Shown here: positions 27,701 to 39,300 of the stretch, in pieces
Numbering within the stretch: position 1 is the stretch's first letter
Layout: every line of letters starts with the position of its first letter
From: Podarcis tiliguerta
Taxonomy: Eukaryota
DNA: 64,000 nucleotides
Reading direction: 5' to 3' (one strand)
NCBI GenBank assembly: GCA_965153285.1
Contig: OZ229116.1
Notes under the pieces: generated by a model
Told to the model about the DNA's origin: nothing
The model's input: only the letters and a program-made list of their open reading frames with translations
The model's database searches: none
Position numbers and translations under genes: made by a program

Positions 27701-30700
27701 CCATCTTTGCAATCCCATTATACTGTAATATAGGGATTAATGCAATATTAGATCGAAACCAAATTTATTGTTCCTCCTATTACCAAGATTTAGTTTCATT
27801 TTTAGGTGTTATTTTTTTACTCTCCTATCTTTCCACAAACACACCAATTATTTGCACAACATCTGAACTTTCTCCTGCAAAGTCAAGCAAAAGAAGGCGA
27901 ACACACTGTGCGCTAAGAATCTTGCTGCTCTGTTTGTTAAAAAAAATAAGAAAGGCTTTTTCATACATTTATCAGGAATGTTTCCTCTTGACTAGTCAGA
28001 ATTTTGAATTTCTTAACTAGGGAAACACCAGATGAAGTGATATTGTGGTTTAAGGTTTCCCTTTGTAGTTGGTTCTACCATCCTGGGCTGGTCATTTAAA
28101 TTTTCAATGTTTTCCTTTTCCTAGTTCGGTTGAATCATCTGCATCAAGCTTAGTTGCAGAACTTCAAGAAAAACTTCAGGAAGAAAAAGTGAAGTTTTTG
28201 GAGCAGCTTGAAGAACATGAGAAAAGAAAAAATGAGGAAATGCAAAACATTCGAACATCACTCACTGCAGAACAGCAGGTAGACCAGGCTGTTTCAAGAT
28301 TTCAGATTAGATACACTTGTGAGGATGCTTTAAAGTAACTGGGAGCTCCTTTGTTTTTCACAGCCTTCTTAGAAATTCTCATTCCTTAAAATTCCAGGAC
28401 CTTTTGATGGTTTCCTTATGTCTTTAGCTTGCAAAGGGATTATTGCCTAGCATTTCAGGCTAGTACTGGTTTTCTGACGTGTCACATACAGTCACTGCTT
28501 GTTTTTATACAATCCCTGTTCATTTGAGTGGAGTTTTCAGTGGAGTCCCAAACAACTTCCATTGCATGTTTGGCAATTGTGCCACTACATCTGAAAGATG
28601 CTGGCACAAGGAGACAAATGAGCAGCTTGGAGAACATCAAAATTGGATGCATTCTGGGCTTATGCTTCTAAAAAGTAAAATCAATCAATCAGTCAATCAG
28701 TCACTATTAATTGTTATTTCCCAAAAACATTTTTACCCTGCTTAGTCAAAGAAGGCTCAAAAAGCAGCTTACAAATTTTGATGATGATAAGACAGTCCCT
28801 GCAGCTCGCAGTTTTAATGAGGTATAGCACAAAAAAGAAAAGGAACGGGGAAGGAGGTGGGGAAAGCAAGCTGGGACTGAAAAATATGAAGCAGAGCCAA
28901 AAGTTCCCAGTCTTTCAGTCTTACCTCTCTCCCTCTCCTGTACCTGATGGAATGGCTTCTGATAGATGGCTGCTGAGGGAGGAGGCCAAAGCTGGTACGT
29001 TGTAGCCTCTTCAGAGATTGAAAAGTTACAGTACCTATTTATTTTTTTCATGTCATGTATATGTACATTGTATTGCTTAAAATAATGCTGATTCTGTATT
29101 TTCAGACGACGTTTAACACTGTTCTAACAAGAGAAAAAATGAAAAAGGAGAACATAATAAATGATCTTAGTGACAAATTAAAAGCAATAATACAGCAGCA
29201 AGAAAGGGATAAGGGTAAGCATGTGCTACAAAATGTTTTGTACATGTAGTTTGAAACCAATTAATTGCTCTGAAAAATATTGAATATTACTTGTTGGCTG
29301 CCTTTTTCTCAGATCTGATTGAAAGTCTTTCTGAAGACCGAGCCTGTTTACTCGAAGAGAAGAAGAAACTTGAAGAAGAGGTTAATAAGCTGAGAAGTAG
29401 CAATTTTGTTCCACCAGCCTGTTTACCGCCTCCTTCAGAACCTCCCGGAGCTTGTGCAGCTGATTTTACAGCAGAAACTGAGCGATTAACTTCAGATACC
29501 ACAGAAGAAGGAAAAATGGATTCCACACTGGAAACAAGCATGATGGCTGTAAAGTTAGTACACAAGTATCGAAATAGATATGTATCTGAATGTCAGTAGG
29601 CATTGTTTGGAATTTTTTTATTCTTATTTGAAATGTTTGAAAATGCCCCCCACTCCGCTGTCATGTGAAGCAACTCAAATCTGAGGTGAATAGGCTGTGG
29701 ATGCAAGGCTTTCGGACAACCTGGAATTCTTGGGGGAATTTGTATTTATATTTTGATCTGATTTGATACATTTTTACATCTCCTCCAAGTTCTTCATGAA
29801 TGGGAAAACACTAGGCAGAGAGACAGACAGAGAGAGGAGTATATAGTTTTGTGAATGACATCTTTATTTCTCAGGTTTCTTAGGTTATCAACATTCTCCT
29901 TTTACTTCCAGTTACAGTGTTTATTTTGCTGTGAGGGATAAAACACATCCATCTACATCCTGTTTGGCTTTGGCAGCAGGTGACTTTGGTGCAAAGTTGA
30001 ACAGAAAACAATATTCTTTTTTAAATGCCTCAAATAATTTTCTTTATTCATAACTCTAACCCATGCACCATCCTTCTATAATTTTTGCAGGGGCCTTATA
30101 TAGTGGCACCTTTTCATTTTTTTTTTGTCATATTCATGGAAGTTGTTTGCAAAAGTACATAGGAAATCATTGGACCTCTTTTTAGAAAGCAAAAACACCT
30201 CAAACTTTAAAGGGTCCAAAATCTGAGAGCTTCATTCCCTCAGAAGTGACTACTGTGTCTATAAATATCATACAATTCTGTCTTAAAAAATGAAAATTTA
30301 GACTATACTGTAGATGTCATAGGAATTGTTGGTTTTTACCCTATGTCTTGGATCCAGAGTGAAACATCATGTCAGTACAAGCCACTGATCCAAAGCAACC
30401 CCCTCTTCAAACCAACCAGGAAGGTCCAGAATATTTATTCTGGACACAGCCCTACTATATTAGCACATGGAAGTGTTTTCCCTGAACTTTGTTATCATGT
30501 GAAAAATAAAAAGAACTCACATGTTATAAAGACTCTTCCACCTCAAAAATGGTTGCTGAACTGCCTTTGAAAATCCAAAAGAGCACAATAGAAATACCAT
30601 GCATGTTTTCCAAGGCATTGTGATTAATTATCTGCTTGGATTCTTCGCTCTTTTTGTCACCTGCTATTTAGGAGCGGGGAATATACAGCATGTCAGATAC

Positions 30701-32706
30701 ACTGGAGACACAATGTAGCATGTCAAGATGAATATAATATGGCTTATCTTCATTTTCTTGTGACATATTAATCTACTAAAACCCTCTATTTGACATATTT
30801 TCTCATTAATGAAGCTGCGCATCTTGTTAACCGTTTCTTATTTTATTTTTAGTGAAAATGTGCAGATTTTGTCAGAGGAAAAACAGAGGATAATGATGTT
30901 AGAAAAGGTGAGTAGTTTTTTGCTCTGGTTACCTATTTATTGCCTTCAAGAGAGATTAGGAACCTCTGTGTTCAGCTTCATGTATTAATGTATTGTCATA
31001 CATTTGCTGAAATAAGGTGGGCTGGAACCACATGGGAGCTAACAAAAGCAAAAGTCCTAACTTCTTCTCGTCCACTGTGACTGCCTTTTTTCTTATGCAT
31101 ATAGCTACTGGTTATTTAGGGAACTGGTTATTTAGGGAACGTTTGCCTGTGATTTCAGGTTGTTGTAAGAATGTTTGTATGGGCTATCTATATCTAATGC
31201 AGTGCTAAGCGACTTGTTCCCTTAGTGCAAGGAACTCTACTCCCCTCCACCCTAAATCTGTTCTGGAAGTTTATCCCAGATTTGGGAAGGGTGTGGGTTG
31301 TGCTCAGGCAGAGGAGACAGTTCCATTGCGCAAGCTTATATCCTTGTGTTAATAGAGTGAGTGCATTGGGTGCCACCCTTGAACCCTCTGATTTTAAGAT
31401 ACTTGAAGATGCCTATTTGGAAGAAAGACAGATTCATCCATTGGTCCTATCCAGAGTCGTACACAGCAGCTTTAATGACGCTGAATTCTAATTTGGATGC
31501 ATGATGAGCCTGAGTTGCTATTTGACATAGCACAAACAGTTCCCAAAGCACTGACAAAAACTGTGTGTGCAGTTCAAAGTGCAAGATGCAGAGATCCAGC
31601 CCAGGAACTGCATGTGCAGCACTTGTTTGCACATGTGGATCCTGGTCAGCCAGAGATTTGCTCACAGGAGCCTGTTGTGTTTTTGTTTTTTGCACAAGCC
31701 TACCTTGCTACCATGTTTGCTGTTTATCGAGCAAACCTTTTACTGCGTTATGTGTAATCTGTAAGATCTGTAAGTTAATTGTCCTATTAATTTTTAACTA
31801 ATGTAAATTAATTGTCCCATTCTTAAATCAAGTGAGTTCTAAAGTTTTACTTTGACAAATGTCTCTTTAAGTATTACTGAGTAGTAACACAACTGTTACT
31901 GCTGCTATTCTGCAACTGGATGACTGAAAGCATTTCCTCATTTTAGGTGCTTAGAACTATTGGATCAGAGTCAATACTACCCTTTTATATTAGGACATAT
32001 AAACTGATTCCTGTTAAACTAGAGACATAGGAATTATTGTGGTTGCTTTGGCTTTCCTATTAATACACATTTCATCGTTTACTGAGAAAACTCAGGGATG
32101 TAACACATGCTTTGTATCCAGAAAGCCCCAGGTTTAATCCCTAACACCTGTAGTTAAAAAGATGTCAAACAATGACTGGTTATAGATGTGTTGACTGGTT
32201 TTTAAACTTGTAATACAGATCTCGCCTACCCAGCCATATGCCAGTAAAAAAAGGAAGATGAATACTTGGATCTCACCCACCTCCAGTCAAAGCTGGTGTG
32301 GTGATGGTGGGGGAGCTCATCTATAGAGATGACTGTTTTCAAATTCCTCCCCTGCCCTCAGACTGCAGGTCATAAATTGCGGTTGGGACATGTCTTGGAA
32401 GCTCGGACACCATGGGCCAAATTAATTTAACAGCATCAAAGCTTTGAGAATTTCTTCTATCATGCAACTTCTTTGCTAGCCAATGAGAGAAAATTTAATT
32501 TTCACGAAATCTAAGCTGAATTTCCAAGTTATGTAACTACTCGGAAGAAAAATGATTCAGCTATGAACACCATTATTTGAGTTCATACTTAATAGATGGC
32601 ACAGCTGGTATGAATTTCTGTTCCAGTAGGCCAAATCTGATCTGAAACATTCAAACCCACTAAAGTATTTGGCACAATAAATAAGTGTGGGTTATACACT
32701 TAGCTG

Positions 32707-32737
<31 letters not shown>

Positions 32738-33364
32738 TTACATCTATAGTGTTTTTTAAAAATTGAGCCTCTAGCAACACAACCCTAAACCTGTTTGCTC
32801 AGACTGTAAGTCGTACTGAGATAAATGAGCCATCCTCTCCCACATAAGTATAGAATTGCAGGCTTAAAATATTGAAAACATGCATATGAAGTTATAAAAC
32901 TAATATATGTAAAACTATATTTAAACAAAATGTTGAAAGGTTTGTGTTATGCTGTTTTATAGACGTTGCAGTTGAAAGAGGAGGAAAATAAGAGGCTTAA
33001 TCAAAGATTGGTAAGCATATAACAAAATTATGTGTTTAGAAAACAAATGTGGTTAAACAGGTAGGTTTTTGCCACTCTTGGCTTGTGGCAATGAGACTTA
33101 ACTCAAGAGGGTATGCCTTTATAATACAGCGTTAAGCCAGGCTACATTTGGATGTGATGATCCTTGTAATTGAGAGGCCCAAGAAAACTGTTGAGGAGTA
33201 AAAAATAATAATTAAACCAATACTTTCAAAGTGGTGGGGAGAGCAAATATTCCTCTTTTTTGTTTATTTGATTTCTCTCTTTTTAAAAAAATCTAAGATA
33301 TTTCAGAATTTGAGGATGGGAGTAGTTTTTCAAAGAAACAAGGAAAATTATTCATATGTATGTT

Positions 33365-33399
<35 letters not shown>

Positions 33400-36300
33400 T
33401 GCTTGAAAATAAACTTAGCAATATATAGTGAGGAACAACCTTGCCAGAAGCAGTTCCATGGGAGTTGCTAGGAGCTGATCTAGTCTAACATGTATGATCA
33501 AGAATTGTGATGCATTAGTCTAGAAGCATGATGTCATAACAGGAGTTCTGGAACTCATAGCACTCATGAAAGCTGCTGGTATTGCAGCACTACGAGTGTT
33601 TATTAGATTTATTTATGTTTCTGTTTGTGATTTGTGTAAAGGACTTTGACTAGGTATGTAGTGGTGTTCATTTAGGGATGGTTGGCAGTAGACTTGATTG
33701 ATTAAATCATTATTGATTAAAGATTATTTCAAGAAGGCTTGTCCCTCATTGCTGAACTTCCGCACAGTGTACAGCCATCAAGGAGTGCTGGGAGTATAGA
33801 GAACATGCCTTAGAACGGGTAACCTGCATAGCACCCTCCAGATGTAGTCGGTCAGGGATGATGGGTGTTGTAGTCAGTCAGCCATGTTGCCTGGGACTGA
33901 TGGAAATGATAGTGCAGCAGAATCAGGAGGAAACCACATTGGCTACCCCTGCTATTGATGCATCCCCAAAGGCTCTGCAAAACAGAGAATATTCAGCAGG
34001 CAAGCTGGAGTATTGCCTGGTTTCTTTAATGAGATTTTGTAACCACTTCATAGGAATAGAAGTATTATAGGTTTCTAATTACTTTGAAAATAAGAATCAG
34101 TGATATAGTAATAGTTTTGTATAATAATGATGTTGAAGTGCGCTAAAAAGTAGTTTTCACTGGAGGTATTTGTCACTGGCATTCTAAAATACTATTGGTT
34201 GGATCCAACTTAGTACTACAGTAATCATCCCAACCGCACAACAGAATGTTCTCTCCTTCTCTTCCCCTTGTATACCCCCTAAATCTGATCTGAGGCTCTC
34301 ATAACCCTCTGGAGCAGATTTGAGGATGGTGCAGGCCATGGGACAGGGTGAGTCCCATTGTGCTGATGGTAATCCTTGTGTGAGTGCATTTATTGAGTTG
34401 ACTACCATCCTACATAATCCTATCCACCTTTACTTGAAAAGTACGTCTCACTGATTTTAATAACTTGCTTCTAAATGTTTGTAGCCAAACTTTCATTTAA
34501 TGGCAAACTTTACTTTTCCCCCTCATGTGAAGTCTAATATATCTTATATTGTGTTCAGCTGAACACTAACAAAGCTACAAGAGAGCATTTGGCAGTTGGA
34601 TGTATGATTTAAAGACCGTTCTTTGTCAGTAACAGAAGTTTCACAAGGGGAAAACAGTAACTTAATTATTTCACAAGTAAGCACGAATAATCTAAAGCTA
34701 GTTTTTGCCAGTCCATGGGTAATTATAGCTGCTACTTGGTTTTGAAGCAACTAATGTAGCAGCCAAGAGCATGACTGCATTTTTTCTTGATACTCCCAAG
34801 ATTTTATCAGCAAATGCTTCCTTTCATTTACGTCATCATAAAGAAGAGATGTGAAGTACATTCTCTCAGCTCGGATGTACTTTGAGAGCAAGGATTTAAG
34901 TTCAGTTTTCCATTGATTGAGTGTTATTTTAGGACCCTCTTAGTATCTACAAGGTGCCGTAAGGAAACAGACCTCTTTCATCTAGAGTCACTGGAACATG
35001 TCATTTTTGTGACTGAGACTATGAAAAACCCTGAGTTTAAATGTCATAAAATAAAGGAAAGATTCTAAAAGGTGTGGGGTGACCGGACAAAAGCGTATAT
35101 ATTCAGCTTTTATGTTCCATATGGACAAAAAGTTACACTGTCAACATAGCAAAACACAAATTGGTTGCCTCTTAATAGCATGTAGATCTTTGGATCCAGG
35201 CCAGTATGTTGGAGAGAAAGCCTAACAGAGAAAACAGATGATAAAAGTAATTATTTCATATATTGAGACTTAAGACCAGATCTGGTGATGAGGCACACAG
35301 TTTTTAACAGCCTTGTTTAAAATTGTGATGAAATAAGAAAGCATGTTAATAAACTTATTGTTGGTGGTTAGACCTGAAAATGCCATGAAAGATTTTTACA
35401 AAACAGTGTTACCTCGGGTTAAGTACTTCATTCCGGGGGTCCGTACTTAACTTGAAACTGTTCTTAACCTGAAGCACCACTTTAGCTAATGGGGCCTCCT
35501 GCTGCCGCCGTGCCGCCAGAGCACGATTTCTGTTCTCATCCTGAAGCAAAGTTCTTAACCTGAAGCACTATTTCTGGGTTAGAGGAGTCTGTAACCTGAA
35601 GCGTATGTAACCCGAGGTACCACTGTATAAAAAAAGTGATTTCCCCCCATTACTTTCTGTTTGTTTCTTTGAAATGGTTGTGCACAGAATGGTCCTTGTA
35701 AAAAATATACTTTTCCACACAATATAAAACTTCTCTTAAATGATTTTGATGCGTCACTGAATATGGCTTTCAGTGTTTGATGTAAGTGTCCATGCTCTTT
35801 TGGTAGCGATGTGGATGCTGAGCATAATTTGGTCAGCTTTTGAAGGTTTTCTTTCCCTTTTGGTGTGTGGGGAATAGTCCTGTTGCAGTCTTTTCATAGG
35901 CATCTGCTGAGAACAGCATACTGAGCTAGTTGGACCTTTGGTTTGATACAGCAGGACTCTTGTTATATTCTTGCCCATTTGACTCAGAGTGAAGTACTCA
36001 CTCCAAGCCCAAACAATAGGGGTGAGCAACCTTTTTGACCCCAAGGGGCTGTAGGCAGGATTGGTAATAAGTTGAGGACTGCGCGCTTACATTCATGTTT
36101 GTGTGTGCACATACATGCCCTACTGCCACACACATCCTCACACAGAAACCTTGTCACAACCTTCCCATCACACACTTTCTTATACAAGTAATAGTAAAAA
36201 GGAACTTGCTGCCGCCGCCGCCGCCATCATCCCAGTGCATTCACACATTTTTGTTTCATTACTGAGCCTCTGTCCTCATTGCCTTCCTTTTTAAAATTGA

Positions 36301-39300
36301 GTTTCACAGTGGCAGGTCAGTACAGTACCAGCTATTCAGTTAATGCCATTCAAAGTTACATTCAGTACAGGTGAATGATCACGATCATCACCATATGCAG
36401 ACTCCCAGTTGGAACTCCTGAGTGTAGCTGATCCCTGCAAAAAAATCTAGCACCAATGCAAGATGTGCTTTTGGTAGGAATCTTTGTGGCCCCGCTCATC
36501 TGTCAAAAATAGCCTGTGGAGAGTGAACCAGTTTTGCATCCAGGCTATTGGTTAAAGAGCTCTCCGGCTATGGTCCTGATAAAGAGCATTCCTTTAAAGC
36601 TTTCATTCATACTGGAAGGAAATCCTTCACAGGTGTCTTGTGTGTCCCTAGGCAGTCTAATAAGTGGTAATAGAATTATGTTACAATACTGACCCTATAG
36701 CCAGAATATGTTGCACAAACCCTTCAGAAAAGGATAATAATAATGCTTTCTCATTTTTGCAGATGTCTCAAAGCATGTCTTCGGTGTCTCTAAGACATTC
36801 TGAGAAAATTGCAATCAGAGAGTAAGTATGGGTGTTGATAATGATAATTGAATTCTTTTTTAAAAAAATCCTCCTCTGGTAAATGCTTTTTAAAGTTCTA
36901 ATTGAGTGCAGACTGAAAACAGTATATCTGAAAAGCTATTGAGTGAGTCAGTTCTCTGCCTTGGTTTATTTAATTGTTCCTATTGTTTTAGGCAAGCATC
37001 TAATTGCCCCAGCCCACCCTGGGTGTCTTTTTGAAAAAATGCATTGTTTGTGTTGGGATAGATAATATCCTAGAATTAAACTGCCAAATACAAAAAACCT
37101 GGTTGATGTCATTCAGGAGATACTGGTCTGCATCCTTAAGGGAGTACTCTCCAGTAGAGGTTCCCCACACACAACTGTGCAACTGAAAGTGAGGATTTGA
37201 ACCTGTCTTCCCACTTCTACTCCGATGCTATCTACTGCACAGCACTGGCTGTATTTTTTTAGAACAACAGCCCACTACATATGTACTTTTGTTTTACAAA
37301 GTCATAGAAATGCATAATGGGATGCAGTTTGTTTTATAAAGTTGTCCTGATCCTCTGGCCCAAAGGAGGGCTTGTGGAACTGGTCAGATGCAGGGATACC
37401 AAAGAAGGATGTCAAAAACGCCAGAGTGACCAGTTCTGGTGCTTTATTTAAAAAAAGGTGGGGACTTGCAGCCAACCAGCCTGCCAGGTCTCCCAGCCTT
37501 TACAACAGTGGGATGGACATCGCAGTAAGGAGGTGGCTTGTCCGCACCCAAGGAGACATGTATACATCCTTTATGCACAAAGCAACATATGTGAGTTTAC
37601 CCAGAACCTCCCATCACACCTGGCCAATGAGGCCATAGGTGGCAACTGTCCAAAGCTTCTCCCTTCTCTGGGCCTAGAGCCCAGCACCCCAAAGCCCACA
37701 GATAAGCACAGCATCAAAGCAAGCCAGTTAGCATATATCAAAGCAAGTGAATATAAACATCTATGAGCTCATTCGTGCAACAACTGTCAATTAGTTTGGG
37801 GTTATCTTGACTACCAAGACAGTGTCTGCAGGCTTTCCAGAACATTTCACCTTTGGTTCAACACAGAAGTCCCCGATTCTGGCAACATGTCCATACCTAG
37901 CTGGTGAAAGCAAAAACTACATAATGCCTTAAAAGCATATCACGGCACCAAAGTGTGTAAAGGGCATAATAACTCAGGCTGCAATCTTGTGGTCCCTTTC
38001 CTAGGAGGAAGCCCGCTGAACTTAGTAGGGTTTTCCTCTGAGTAAACAAAAATACAATAGTACTGCTTTTTTCTGAGGCTTGTATTTTTTTTTTATGCAG
38101 TTTTCAGGTTGGCGATTTGGTTCTCATTATTTTGGATGAACGTCATGACAACTATGTATTATTTACTGTTAGCCCAACTTTGTATTTCTTACACTCGGAA
38201 TCTCTTGCTGCACTGGATCTCAAACCAGGTGAGTGTGGTAAGTGTCATAACTCTGGAGAGAATGTTCTTCTGGAGCATTTAAATATTCAGTCTTGCAATA
38301 ATCTGCTTAAAATTTATGTTTGAACATGTGAATGCATGTATTACATATACATGTTGGGGCCAGTATATATATAACAGCTGGCTAGTGCATGATTACCATG
38401 TCTTATGAATAATGTGAACATGAGGAGGGAATTGTGCACATTTTCCAGTCAATATAGATACTTTCCAGCAGGACTTATTGAATGCTTACAAGTTGATAGT
38501 ATTTTGTACGTATATTTTCCATGCATTATCTCCAAAGGTATTTGAGTGGGGCACTGTATACAACCTAACTGCATTTTTTACATTTTCTGGGCAATGTGCA
38601 CATTTGCCAGCCATTATGCATATGTACCAAGAAACATACCCTTTGTTTCTATCTGTAGTACAGAGGTGGGCAATCTGTTGCTGCATACTACATGCAGCCC
38701 ACTGTTTTAATTTTATGCAGCTTGTGATGTCCTCTCCTGCTGATGAACTGAGCAGTGGGAGAATGAGGGTGTAGCCACAGTCTTTTTTCTCCTGCTACTT
38801 AAGTGTTCTGTGCAGATTAGTTGAGCAACATTGAGGGTGGAGGTTTAATGCTTTACTTCTCTAATGAGTAGTAGGGAAGCAATATCTATGGGTGGGTGGA
38901 TTTTAGGAAGGTGGCATGAAAAAGATGAAGAATCAAAGTATGCCCCACTAATTAATGTCCATGTAGCTTTAAAGTTGTCTATGTTTAAAGTTTCCTATGG
39001 TGCTCGGTTGGGCAACTGAAGTGTAGCAGAGATGAAGGTGAGCTGTCTGCCTGCTTTTATCTTCTATTGTTCCTTGGTGAGAGTAGATCCCTCTTACGCA
39101 CCATACAATAAACCAATTTCTTTTGTCAGTATGTCACAAAAAGATGACAATATGCCACTATACACATTTTTGCCAGTATACACTTTTTCAAATTCAAATG
39201 CAAGATTATGAGTTTAGAATATTGTACCAATTTGAGGTAACATTTTGTGTATGGAAGTTTTTTATTCCTTCAGATAGTTAAAATTAAGATTATAATGTGC

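Noticed and set aside
31107-31138. 16-bp perfect tandem duplication (actggttatttaggga twice)
   Set aside because: Ordinary replication slippage; no sign of function.
37340-37830. Possible minus-strand solo LTR in an RB1CC1 intron
   Set aside because: LTR-like composition and an antisense AATAAA, but termini and TSD could not be fixed.
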